From positions 1 through 51,895 of the forward strand of contig MU271249.1 of assembly GCA_021432655.1 (NCBI GenBank): a stretch of DNA of 51,895 nucleotides. Direction: 5' to 3'. Every line of letters begins with the position of its first letter. Position 1 is the first letter of the stretch. The notes beneath the pieces were generated by a model. It was not told the origin of the DNA. It made no database searches and worked only from the letters and a program-made list of their open reading frames with translations. This document shows positions 25,168 through 37,031 of this stretch, piece after piece. This stretch comes from Atractiella rhizophila. Taxonomy: Eukaryota. A program made the position numbers and the translations under genes.

Positions 25168-26510
25168 ATGGACTGCCTTCTCGAACTTCCTCCAAGCTTC
25201 ATCCCCGACCTGGTGACTCGAGATCACCAATCCCACTCTCATGTTGCTCTTACGCTCCCAGAGAGCAGTCTGCCCTCCCCAACCGCTCAACCCTCTTCCA
25301 TCAAAATGTCTCAACATTATCGATCACTTCGGCCGCAACTGCCTCTCGATGCGCAAAACCCTCTCGATGCCTTGATCTCCGGTGACTCGAGACACAACAA
25401 ACCGAGGCTAAAGTGGCCAACAAGTTACCATTTCGATTCCCCACAGAACAGCCCTCAATCTGGATCTGGATCCGTCGTCGATCCCAGGAAACGACGACAA
25501 TCTTCATCTTCGTCCCCCGAAGTGAGGGATGGCAAGTTCAAAAAGATGCTAGAGTGGGAATTGACGGTGCCGATTGCTCCACAGAACCTTTGCGACAGCA
25601 CTGCTCGACACTTCGAGCTCAAAGGCAATCCAGACCTCGAGGAGGTCAAGAAAAGGGTGTTAGAGTGGGTTTCCCAGTGCGTTCTCTCGTTTTGGCTGTC
25701 TTTGTCACTCTTTGATGGAAATCTCAAAGAGGATCATTGCACGATCCCACGACGACTGCCGCGCAAATACCTCTTCTTCAACATCAACGTCAATCACAGT
25801 CGCCGCAACAGCCTTGCGGTCACTTGGACTTCGGTGGCTCGAGATCACTTCCCCAACGCCATTCCCACTCTCATGTTGCTCTTACGTTCCCAGAGAGCAG
25901 TCTCCCCTCCCCAGATGCTCAACCCTCTTCCATCCAAACGCCTCCTCCTCAACATCAACCTCAACCTCAACCTTTGCAAACGGAGGGTCACGACGACCGC
26001 TCTCAAGTTATCCTCATACGCTCTCTCAGTGTACCTACCATGCTTTAAAGTGACATATCCCCAGCGAAAGGATCCTGAACGACAATCTGCCGTAGGCAAC
26101 GTGGGTGGAATGCCAGATTTCTCGTGGCTCTTCGGCCTAGCATGTGCCATGCGTCTGGCACCTAGCTTCGATCCGGGTCAGAGGATTTGGGCGGCGGTTG
26201 TGTTCATACTCGGCATAGTCGGTGTTGCCTCCGCCAACATCGTCTCCCGTTATCATGCTAGTAAGTGACTTCTTGTACTCAAGGCTTAAGCTGAAACTCT
26301 TCTTTTGTCCTAGCTGGGGATCGACAGACACTTTCAGAAATTGCAGGCGATCTCGTGACATGGCTTGTCTTTTGGGCAGGCACGACCATCATTTTTATAC
26401 GACTTTTTCTGGAGTTTATTGGGATGTGGGGTCTCACCTTCTGGCTCAGTATGATGGTTATTTGGACGGCGATGTTTTCTATTATCATTCATGGCCAACG
26501 AAGGGAATGA
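25168..26510 (+). CDS. Hypothetical spliced protein: low-complexity N-terminus, several hydrophobic C-terminal segments
   Basis: TATAAAAG at about 25088, ATG at 25168; hydrophobic stretches FSWLFGLACAM, IWAAVVFILGIVGVASA, LVTWLVFWAGTTIIFI, LTFWLSMMVIWTAMFSIII; internal duplication. Confidence 0.45.
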
Positions 26511-26687
26511 GGGGGGATGGAGAGGTTGAATTTATGCCCCGTTTGATGCACATTTGCATATTCCCATTTCTCACATTCTACGGCATTTTGGTCTTGTGAC
26601 TTTTCTCTTTCCCTTTTTCTTCTTCTATTGCTTGATAATTGGCTCAAGGAATGGCGACAGTGATATTTTCTCATAAATATGCAAGAC

Positions 26688-27054
26688 CCCTGCAGTGCGG
26701 GTTGACAAATGTATTAGGACTGCGAAGTGTGAGATAACGATGAGTATATGTTGCATTTAGTATGTAAGGAAACTACATTACCTGCGAAGTGCAAGATAAC
26801 AATGAGTATAAGTCTCGCACTTGCAGGTTTACAAGCTTTTATAACAGAGAGATCCCTGTGGCAAAAGATTGGCCACAGTTCCAGAAAGTGCTCGAAGGAA
26901 ACTAAACGCGCAAGTGCGCAAGTGGCGAAAGGAGGAGGCGCACGATTCTGTCACGGGTCCCATCACTTTGTGGCTCGCATTTGCAGGTAAAGTTATTTCT
27001 CTTCAGTACGAATGAAATGTATTCTAATTGCTTTTGTGGCTCGCATTTGCAGTG
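26688..27054 (+). repeat. Dispersed repeat A (copy 2), ends in CAGTG (CACTG-type terminus)
   Basis: Homologous to 515-790 in inverted orientation; subrepeats gcgaagtg..agataac.atgagtata x2 and tttgtggctcgcatttgcag x2. Confidence 0.7.
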
Positions 27055-27125
27055 CTTACAGATCTGTTTCTCGTCAATGGTAGGGAGGGTTAGGGTTAGG
27101 GAAGGTGGCACCAACATCAACAGGA

Positions 27126-27340
27126 TAGAGATGCCGACGAATCCTACTCACAAGTCTGGGTACCTGAACTCACGAGTAAACTATAACTACAGCTATGGCT
27201 CAGTGCTCGTAGTACTCCCTGCAGCACAGATACCCTCGACCGCGAGTATTTGTGCTATAAACAAGTCCTGATGAGTACGGAGACTTGTATAGTCAAGGGT
27301 AATGAGTACCCTGTCATTCAATGGGTACTCATGAGAGCTC
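27126..27340. mobile_element. Probable hAT terminus with GAGTAC/GTACTC subterminal motifs
   Basis: Begins TAGAGATG (hAT-type TIR start) and lies downstream of the minus-strand hAT transposase; the partner TIR was not found. Confidence 0.5.
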
Positions 27341-28399
27341 TCAGAAATCAAGAGTTAGTTTCTGCTTTTCCACACGGTATGCTCTATATTACTATAATTC
27401 ATGCAATTTCATTACTTCACTATATCACTACAAGCTGGCGGGCCCCTTGTCCCTCGGGTGGACCACATTGAGTTTCTGCTGTTTTTCAATAAAAAGTGGT
27501 TGACTATGCTGTTAGGAACATGCTGAGAGATAGTCAGTGATTGAGTACTCATACTTCTTTGGAACTACATTATCTGTTAAATTGTGTGCAGGCACTCATA
27601 GCTTCAAGAGCGACAAAATGTGAGGGAACAGAGAATCGAACCGACACCAAAAACAAAATTATGTCACACTCTCGCTTAACACCAACTCACCATCATGCAG
27701 ACTCTGTCTTAAATCCCGACGTTGAGTAGGTAAGGAAAACTTGCTGTAAGTACCAACTTGGCACACAATTATTTTCTGTCCTTTAAATAAGCTTTGTTGT
27801 GTACGGTCCAAAAGAAGCTGACACGTGTATTCTGGTGGTATGCTCACAATTTTGACGGGGTTGTTGTGGACCAAGAGTCACTTGAGGCAGTAAGGAAAAC
27901 ATTTTTTTCGTCTTTCAAATCGACTTTGTTGTATACGGTTCGAAAGGCGCCGACATGCGTATTCTGATGGTATACTCACATTTCTGGTAGGGTTGTTGTG
28001 GGTGGTGAGAGAAGTGCTCAAAAGTACATGTGTGAGTCATGCTAAAAACCTGTCCTGCTTTATATATAGGATTCGGAACAGAGTTATAAGTTATTGAAAG
28101 AAACCGAGATATTGACCGAAGAACAGTTGTCTTCCAAGGACCCAAAGAAAAGTGAAAGAAAAAGAGGCAGCACACTAAAAGAAAAGAACAAAGGAGCTGA
28201 TGAACCCCTTCCACACAATAACCTCACATGTCCAGAATGATAGGCACGTCGGTTAGTTGTCTTCGATGACAACTACCTTACCACCACCCCCCTCCTGGTT
28301 GACGTCCACTGCAGCTCCCTCTCTTCCTCCCCTTCCCTTTTCTGACACACCCCCAACCACCATTCAACTCTGCCTCGAATTCCTTCTTTGCCAATAAGT

Positions 28400-29780
28400 C
28401 AGCTCCAGAAAATTTGCCCTACGCTCTGAGGACGACAGCGGCACACGAACTTTCGGGGCAGAGTCGATTCGGACGTGGAGTAATGGTGTTGCCTGCCACA
28501 GAGAAGATCCATTCGACATCAACCGAGGTTACTAGTATGTTTGTCAGTCAGAGCTAAGCAAGGGATGGAAGTGAAAGATGGAAATGAAAGGTAACACACT
28601 AGGTATGGAAAAGATGTCTAAACCCCATTGTACCAGGTTATCCATACGACCCTTCTTCTCCATCGCGTTCATGCGTGCCTCCCAATAAAGCAACGGATTG
28701 CTGATGTCCTCCGCAACCAGCTCCACCCTGTATTGATCCCACAGGCTCTTTGAAGGGCCTGGTTACAGCCCACTCCGCCGTTGCTGTTGATAAGGTCGTC
28801 GAAGGAACTTATACTTTCCATGATTGTCTACATAAGGTCAATAAGAATGGCATTTCAATAAGAAATCAAGACACGAACCGACTTCTGTTTATTTTTGTTC
28901 GAGGTCTCCCAGACCCTCCCTGTATCCGGATAGTTCTTCTCCAAGTATTCCTTTGTAAGGTGTTCGACTTCTTCGATCCACTCGTCAGGCCACTTTGAGA
29001 CTTGAAGTACTGAAGTTTGAAGTTTGGGGAGGCATCTAGACATATTAAATCAGTATCTTGTACATGAAGATAATGAAGAACCTACACATTGCCATGCGAT
29101 AAAAAGGGGAATCGTCAGTGAGCGAGTAATACTTATTGAGGATCTTCGTGCCAGGAACCGCAGCATGGCGCACGATCTTCGAGATCTTCTCACCCGAACG
29201 AATCCTGTCGAGGTGTGCTTGCAGTTTATCCATGAATCGTAATGACAAGATGTGCAACAGGAACTCCTCTCTGGAAGATAAAGAGAGTTGCATCATAGAA
29301 TGGCTATTCATAACCCCACAACATATTAGATTGTAATCAGACAACTAATGGGTTACTCACCTTTCCCAACTTCTTCAACCGTCCATTCCTGGTCTGCAAC
29401 GTCCCATTTCATAAGACCATGTTCCTTGTATTTTTGGCCTGTAATCTCATTGATTGCTTTGAGAAGGTGGATAACGGAGGTAAGATACAGGTGATAGGCG
29501 TTCCAGCGGTGCCTATGGCCAAGAATCAGTAGAGTTGATGACAATAGGCAGTGGAGCAAGTGGGACATACCTTACAGCTCGTACCAGCTCTTTGTATTCA
29601 ATGTTATTCTCCTTCGCTAGCATCTTGAGCAGCTCAGCCTTCGGTGTGCTCGACCACATTCTTAGTGGTTTGGTCTCGTGCCTCGCAGCCTCGCACCTCG
29701 CCGCTCTTAAACTTATCATCCCGTTCTCCAAGAACTACTGGGCACTTCCCTCGCCCCTATCGTTTCTGTCTTGGTCTCCA
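28400..29780 (-). pseudogene. hAT transposase remnant with C-terminal dimerisation domain
   Basis: ELVRAV../RWNAY, ILNKYYSLTDDSPFYRMAM, KWPDEWIEEV, NPLLYW..LVQWGLDIFSIP, TSVDVEWIFSVAG..NRLCPES; fragmented. Confidence 0.85.
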
Positions 29781-29973
29781 GATCATCTCCTGCTCCTCGA
29801 CTTGGAAGGCTTACTCGATGGAGATTATCGTCCCCTTGTCTCCATTCTGGATGTTGGTCTTGCAGATGAGGTTCCTGGGGTGAAGACACGCTTACGTATG
29901 CTCGCACCAGTTCGAAAACATATGAACGAACTCAGTTTTGGAGGGACATAGGAATTACAGCACAAGGGCATAC

Positions 29974-30072
29974 CGTACGATGCGTGTGATTCTGCACCTT
30001 CAGTTGTCCCATAGCCGCCATCAAAGTTCCTACACTTATCCAAGTATTCAAGGGTTCCTTCTATCCCTGTGC
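29974..30072 (-). pseudogene. Isolated exon-like fragment of Rab geranylgeranyltransferase beta subunit (BET2-like)
   Basis: LEYLDKCRNFDGGYGTTEGAESHAS resembles the prenyltransferase repeat CxNFDGGFG..GAESHA; flanked by AG and GTATGC; no other exons recognised. Confidence 0.55.
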
Positions 30073-30853
30073 TATACCATATCAATATCGAGCTCTTAGA
30101 CAATTTGAGGCGAATCGACCCATTCTCTTTGCATGTCGCAGAATCGCTTCAGCCTCTCGCCAATTGCCTGTTGACCAAAGCACAAGAAAGAATCAACCAA
30201 GTTGATGGGGCGAAGAAGCAAGATGCCTTACTGGGGTTCAGAGATGAATATGTGAACGTTCAACAAGTCATTTTTGACAGTCTACTACACCTTACAGAAA
30301 TGAACGAAAGGCAAGCATTGAAAAACTCGAACATCCTCCATTTGAAGAAGTTTGATACAATGCAATTGCTCCAGAAAATGCTATCGAGAAAGAAATTGTC
30401 CATTCCAGTGATGAGTCGCTTGCGGTTCTACCTTGGGCGTGAGCTTCATTTTTGAGGATATACTAATACAGCCTTAACTGAGCTGCGTGACTCTATGAAG
30501 AACAGTATAACCATTATAAACGGAGCAAAATGTGCCTAATCCATTGGGTTGATCGATTTCTGATGCGGGAGGAACGAGGAAGCGTTGGAGCGATTCAAGG
30601 AGGCGGAGGAGCTGCACATCTCGACGGGAAGTGCACAGGGGAGAGCAAACTGCATCCAATCCATGGGGGACATCCATTTTCGATGTGGGAGAACAAGCAG
30701 TTCTATCTCATGACGGGGGATCGATGTGGTAGGGCCTACTGCCTTGATCTTCTCAATGCAATCAAGGCAGGCTGCCAGTGGACTGCATGGATGAAGAGGT
30801 AAGGAATTATTCAGGACGCTATCGTGAGTCGCGCCTGATATTCCTCGTAACAT

Positions 30854-32380
30854 GTGCTTGGGCAAGCATTGACTTCGCTGGATGTTGATACAGATTCTAC
30901 ATCAACATGGGCTGTAGCGATCCGCGACTACAATCACCCAGACTATGCAGACACCAACGCTCCTCTCACCTTCAAGATCCCGAAAGCCCAGAGATTCCTT
31001 GACAAACTCCTCCCCAACCCTCTCGATCACAAGGACCCCACCAAAGTGGTCCAACTGCTTAGGGACTTTTTAAACGACACTCGGAGACTCAAGAGAAATG
31101 AGAAGTCGATGTCTTTCAAGAAGCAAGAGTTCGACTTCCTGGACAGTGCGGTGGATCACCTAAGCTCTCTGTTGAGCTCCCCGGATAGGATTGGCATCGA
31201 AGTCCAGAAGAGTGTATCCACTCTAAAGGGCCAAGTCGCTGATCTGAAGGAGGCGGTCACTGCACTCACGGCTGCAGTTAACCCCTCCACGCTGGGAGCG
31301 AAGACTGCGGAGAGCATGGCATCGCACCTGTCGAAGCTTCACGGAAAGCCTGACGCTAAGCACCTTTCCTCCATCATCCCCCACTCCGTTTCCCATCAAC
31401 CCCAACCCCAAAAATCCCAAAACGCTTCTAACGAAGATGTACAGCTCACCCTCACTTGGAAGACACCGGAATTGCTGGATATCTCCTCCCCCCTTGACGA
31501 ATTGCTTGAGGAGGGAACCATCCCAAAGTGCAACCTCATAAAAGAGGAGCCTCGAAAGATTGTCGCCACCTTCAACGACATCTTCAGGACAAAGAACATC
31601 CCTAGTGAAGTCTATGAAAAGACACCTAGGGAGGAGAGGATAGCAGCGAAGATGAAGCCTCATCTAAGAATCCGTGCCGCTCAGAGGCTCAAGAGCGGCG
31701 ACCTTCGACTGCACTTTTATTATGCCAGTGAAGTACAACTTGCGATCGAATCCCAAGAGGTGTGGTTACCACACCTCGAAAGTGGATGGTCCATCAAATG
31801 TAAGACTTACCCAACCATTGTTCATGCAGTCCCCTCCTCCTTCGGCATCGACAACCCGGAAGAGGTTCGTAGTCGTATCGAACCCTTCAATCTCAACTTG
31901 TGCGACCACATCCTCAAGATGAACTGGTGCCGAACGAAGAAACAAGCAGCCTCCTCAGAGGAGAAGGCCAAGACACACTCCTCCCTCATCCTAGTAGTCG
32001 ACCACTCCTTGACTGCCGACGCCTTGATCGAATTTGGTCTCGTCATCGACGGGAAAGCGTATACGGTGGAAAAGTCAATCTGTGATGTGCTAAGATGTTT
32101 TAAGTGTCAACAGCCTGGCCACACCATCGCGAGGTGCAAGGCCACTGTCTCCTGTGGAGTATGCGCCGGTTCCCATTTTACGAAATCTTGTACACTCTCC
32201 TGCACGAATCCCAATCCATGCCGTGACGTGCAAAACTGCTCCCATAGACCTATAAAATGCTCTTTATGTAACTCCACAGAACACAACGCTCTCTGCAAAG
32301 GTATGGAGGGCGAGGTGATTAACAACGCAAGACTTTCGCACAGAATCCAGGTGGGCTCCTCCCGGTTCTATGCAAAATGA
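30854..32380 (+). CDS. LINE ORF1 gag-like protein
   Basis: Open 508-aa frame; RAAQRLKSGDLRL, IVHAVPSSF, HSSLIL; knuckles CFKCQQPGHTIARC, CGVCAGSHFTKSC, CSLCNSTEH. True start uncertain. Confidence 0.9.
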   Translation: MLGQALTSLDVDTDSTSTWAVAIRDYNHPDYADTNAPLTFKIPKAQRFLDKLLPNPLDHKDPTKVVQLLRDFLNDTRRLKRNEKSMSFKKQEFDFLDSAVDHLSSLLSSPDRIGIEVQKSVSTLKGQVADLKEAVTALTAAVNPSTLGAKTAESMASHLSKLHGKPDAKHLSSIIPHSVSHQPQPQKSQNASNEDVQLTLTWKTPELLDISSPLDELLEEGTIPKCNLIKEEPRKIVATFNDIFRTKNIPSEVYEKTPREERIAAKMKPHLRIRAAQRLKSGDLRLHFYYASEVQLAIESQEVWLPHLESGWSIKCKTYPTIVHAVPSSFGIDNPEEVRSRIEPFNLNLCDHILKMNWCRTKKQAASSEEKAKTHSSLILVVDHSLTADALIEFGLVIDGKAYTVEKSICDVLRCFKCQQPGHTIARCKATVSCGVCAGSHFTKSCTLSCTNPNPCRDVQNCSHRPIKCSLCNSTEHNALCKGMEGEVINNARLSHRIQVGSSRFYAK

Positions 32381-35300
32381 GCGGAGACACCTCACCCATA
32401 CTGGAGCAACCGTTTAACCAGCTAAGTCCTTTCTTGAATAATTCTCCTTCTCCCCATTTTGTAACGGGTGTCCCCAATCCCTCTCACCCCTCTCCAACTC
32501 CACCAATCACCAACGACCTCCTCTATCTCCCTCCCCGCTCACCTCCCTCCCCTCTTCCTTCCGCAACCCTTTCCTTGTTTCCTCTCCTCAGCAGTCACCT
32601 AGCGCTGATTTCTCTTATCATGGGGACAGCCTTTCAAGCGAACGGGAGTCCTCTTCTTTCAGATCTCTTTATCCTTCTCGTCTTCACGTGTGTCAATACA
32701 ACACGCAAAAGTCGTCCCCAACGTTCCATTCTCTTTTATCTTCCGCTCATTCACGTTTCGATATTCTCCTTATTCAAGAACCTTACATTATACCCGGTGA
32801 TTTGCTTCCTTTTACCACGGCTGAAACCATTTTTCTCAGTCCCCTAACTCCAGATCCACCATCCTCATCAACTCCCCCTCCATTCCCGCCAGCTTTGTCT
32901 TCCAAATCGTCTCTCCTACCCCTGAAATCTCCACAGTTCAGATTACTCTCCCATCTTATACATTTGTCTTTCTTAACGTGTACAACGCTGCAGATTTGAT
33001 GTCTGTAACCTTCTCCGTTTTATTTTCCCTTATTATTAAAATTCGTTCTGAGTTCAGCTCTGAGAGTAATTTCCTTCTTTACGTTGGGGACGACTTCAAC
33101 CTCCACCAGGATCTTTGGAACCAAGAAGGCTATCTTCAAAGGGACGCAAAAGCTGACGAGCTACTGGCGAGATTGACGGAAGAAGGGATGGAGCTAAGGT
33201 TGGAGCCAGGGGTGGTCACCTGGGTGTCGAGGGAATCTCAAACAGTCATTGACCTCATGTTTTTGAATGCAGAGGCTGATGACCTAGTAGAGAAGTGTGT
33301 TACCTCCCATGACCCCAAGTTGAACCACGGCTCTGACCACTTCCCCATCCTCACCACCTTCAACCACCAAAAACAATAACCAGCCGACCTAGGAAGATTC
33401 AACCTGAAAAAGGCTAATTGGGAAGTTATCAGGGAAAGTGTGGAGGATACCTTGAAGGAATACCCCTTCGAGAGGGAATCAAAGCTGGAGGAGGGGGAAA
33501 TCAACGCTGCAGTTGAGTTTCTCACTTCCTCAATCCAAAAAGCGCTGGAGGCATCGACGTCCAAAGCAAAGGTGTTTAAGTTTTCGAAGAGGTGGTGGGA
33601 CGAGGAGCTCTCCCAGCTAAGCACTATGGCAGGGAAGCGAAGAAATAGGTTCCAGAAGACAAAGGATGCAAGGGACTATGCAGTGTGGCAAAGTGCCTTA
33701 CAATCCTTTCGTCGTACGGTCAAAACGCGCAAGCGTGAGCACTGGAATAACTTTCTAGCCGACCTAGATGAAAAGTCCCTATGGACCGCCTCATCGTATG
33801 CTAAGCACGAAAGCAGGGAGCGACAAATCCCACCCCTTAAGAATTCCGACAACTCCTTCACCTACGACAACGAAAGTAAATCGAGGGTTTTCCATGATGC
33901 CATCAGCGCCGCGCACCCCAACCCTTCCCTCGAAGACTTAAACGATGAGAACCAGGAGCTTTCGCCGGATTGGATCCCGTTCGATGACGTGCAGATTCAG
34001 GAGCTGGACAGATACATTGAGAACGCGAAAGCGAAGTCTGCTCCAGGCGATGATGGAATCTCGAACGGCGTTCTCAAGGAGATATGGCCACAAATCAGGG
34101 AAGTCCTCTTTCACATCATCTCATCATGCTACCACCACAAATACTATCCTAACAAGTGGAAATGCTTCACTACGGCGATATTAAGAAAGCCTAAGAAGCC
34201 CGACTACTCCCTCCCCAAAGCCTACCGCCCAATCGCCCTCCTCAAGTGTTTAGCTAAAGTGTTTGATGGAGTTCTAGCAGCGAAGCTATCTTACTACGCC
34301 GAAAACCACGACCTGTTACCCCAGCAACACTTCGGAGGAAGACCAGGTCGTACCACCACCGATGCTCTTGTGACAGTGGTGGAGTTCATCATGGAGGCTT
34401 AGCGAAAAGGTGAGGTGGTGGCGGCAGCCTTCTTAGACATCAAAGGAGCGTTTCCATCTGTCATCCATGAACGCCTGGTTTCTAACCTCCGCAAAGCAAA
34501 GGTCGATCCGCACTTCTGCGAAGTGATATTATCATGGCTCGCCGGTCGTTCCACTTCTTATTCATTTGACGGCTTCTCCTCCCACCAACTTCCTATTCCG
34601 ATCGGGCTGGTCCAAGGCTCCCCTCTTTCTCCTATCCTCTTCCTCTTCTACATCTCTCCCCTCCTCCGACTTGCATCGCGAGACAACTCACTCTCAGTAG
34701 GTTTCATCGACGACTCCTCTATGCTAGTCAAGTCTGCTTCGGCAGTATTGGCTATCAGAGATCTGGAGGACATCCTGGTGGACGCAGAGGAGTGGGGAGA
34801 GAAACATGGGGCTTTGTTCGAAAGAGACAAAACTAAGTTTGTTCTCTTCACTCGCAATCGCAAGAGGATAACTACCAGTCTTAGATTGCGGTTCGGCGGC
34901 GAGGTGATTAGGTCGTCGGATAGCGCGACGCTCCTTGGTGTCATTCTTGACAAGGAGCTCCGCTGGAAGCAGCAGCTCTCTTCGATCGAGGAGAAGGGCC
35001 GCAAGCGCCTTATGGCAATCGCTTCACTATCCAAGACGACGGAAGGCATACCTCTTGCCCAATTCCGTCGTCTATACACCTCAACCGTCTGCGCCGCCAC
35101 TGACTATGCCGCCATCATTTGGCACCAACCTCACATCCACTCTGCGATAGTACAAAGGCTGGAGACCCTCCACCACCTGGCTCAGCGTATAATGCTGGGT
35201 GCGCTCAAGTCCTCACCCATCCCCGCCCTCGGCTATGACTCTAACCTACCAGATCCCATTGTCCGCTTGGACAGAGCCATCTTTCGCAGCGCATTGCGCC

Positions 35301-36517
35301 TTCTTACTTTACCCAATTCTAACCCTGCAGGAGCGCTGGCCCGTGACTGCAGGGACAGCTTTCCTAGATCTTTTCCTTCCACTCTTCACAAAATTTTTCA
35401 CCGCTCTTCTATCTCCTTCCCCCCCGACCTCGAAGTCCTTCTCCCGCTCCCACTTCCCCCTTCCTTCTTACCCAACTTCTCCACGCTCATCCCTGACTCT
35501 AAAGAAGCTGCGCTAGATGCGTACAAAGTGGTAGCTAACAACAGGACGGACCTTCACATCTTTACAGATAGCTCACTCACGGAGGATGGGCTGGCAGCGG
35601 CGGCACTGGAGGTGGAATCAGGATGGGATTCGGTGATCAGGATAGGGGATCCGCATCGCAACTCTGTCTTTGAAGGGGAACTCACGGGGATCCGCATCGC
35701 CCTTGGTCGGATAGCTCAGTTTGATGAGGACATCCCGCCGAATGTGATCATCTTCTCGGACAGCCAGAGCGCAATCAAGGCGCTAGAAGGTCACACCAAG
35801 AATCGCCCGGGACAGCACATCCAACTGGACATCCACTCTCGCTTCCGCACTATTTCCAATCTCCTCCCAGAAGTGCGCTTCCGTCTCCAGTGGATCCCTG
35901 GTCACTTGGAAATCGAGGGAAACGAGCTCGTCGACAAGCTAGCCAAAGGAGCTACAAAGAGGAACGACATCCCTCCGCCATATCCCTTTCCGTTCAGCCC
36001 CTCCAATCTCTCCACCGCCATCCGTGCCTATTCCCCTCCCAGCCCAGAACACCCTCCCGTCTCAGGCAAACACCACCTTAAAGCTAGAGGCGAACTCTCC
36101 TCGAGCAAGACATACAAGATGCTAGCAAGCCTCCCTCGTCCAGTCGCTTCGGTAGTCGTCCAGCTCAGGTCGGGACACGTGGGACTCGGGGACTACCTGC
36201 ACCGCAGAACGGTGCAGGAGTCCCCTCTTTGTGAGCACTGTCGCTCTCGTGAAACAGTAAAGCACTATCTGCAATTCTGTAGGAAATACAAACGCCACCG
36301 GGAAGTCCTCAAGGCAACGCTGGCTAAAGGAGGTATCAGAATCACAAGTAATGCCTCGCTGCTCGCCAACCCCGACGCTCTCCCTCCGCTATGGAAGTTC
36401 ATCAGGGCTACGGGCAGGTTCTCATGGCATGCTCGCTCTACGGAACGGATCCTTCGTTACAAGAAGGCCAACCACGACGCCAAACGTTCGGAACAGGCTG
36501 GGGAGGGTATAGGCTAA
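32377..36517 (+). pseudogene. LINE ORF2: APE endonuclease, reverse transcriptase, RNase H, CCHC; disrupted
   Basis: CQYNTQKS..DILLIQEPY, GDDFNLH, TVIDL, GSDHFPI; KSAPGDDG, YRPIALL, FLDIKGAF, QGSPLSP, FIDD; IFTDSS, FEGEL, FSDSQSA, WIPGH..GNELVD; CEHCRSRETVKHYLQFC. Stops at 33377-33379 and 34400-34402, frameshifts in the EN region. Confidence 0.95.
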
Positions 36518-36950
36518 TGCCCCTCTCGAGCCCGAACAAGCTAAGCGTTCTTAGTTCTTTACTTTAAGTTTTCAACGTCACTCCACATTTCTTCAATAAT
36601 TTCTCCTCTTCTGCTTGTACAACAGTGTACTTTATGTGTTATTATTAGTTTTGTTTTGCTTCTTATCTTTCTAAATTGCGTTCTGATACTTGGTGGCCAC
36701 AGATCAGCACGTCTCGTCAACAACTCTCATGCTAGGGAGCCTTGACCCTCAAATAGCCATCTCAGGAGTTTACTCTAAATGGGTGCCCTTTCCCCGTGAA
36801 GAGCCGGGAAGAAGCAGGAAGGGGAGAAGGAGGTAGTCAGGGTTGAGAGAAGGCAGAGAATGGTTTCCCAGCGCTTGTAACGTTACTAAATCACGATGGA
36901 GAGCTTCATGACCCGTAGGTCGCAAAAAGCTCGTTAATGGATTTCATCTT

Positions 36951-36969
36951 CATCATCATCATCATCATC
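36951..36969 (+). repeat. (CAT)6 microsatellite, probable LINE 3' tail
   Basis: catcatcatcatcatcatc about 430 bp after the ORF2 stop. Confidence 0.8.
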
Positions 36970-37031
36970 CTGCCTAGTGCCAAGGTTAATGCCGTCCTTT
37001 TCCACTTGTCTTACAAAGCATTCAGACCCTA

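Larger units (their letters stand above)
30854..36969 (+). mobile_element. Non-LTR retrotransposon (LINE, Tad1-like) with RNase H, near full length
   Basis: ORF1 with zinc knuckles, ORF2 with EN-RT-RNaseH-CCHC, 3' UTR and (CAT)n tail; 5' boundary approximate, no TSD found. Confidence 0.93.

Noticed and set aside
31223..35516. Antisense and alternate-frame ORFs within the LINE
   Set aside because: Shadows of ORF1 and ORF2.
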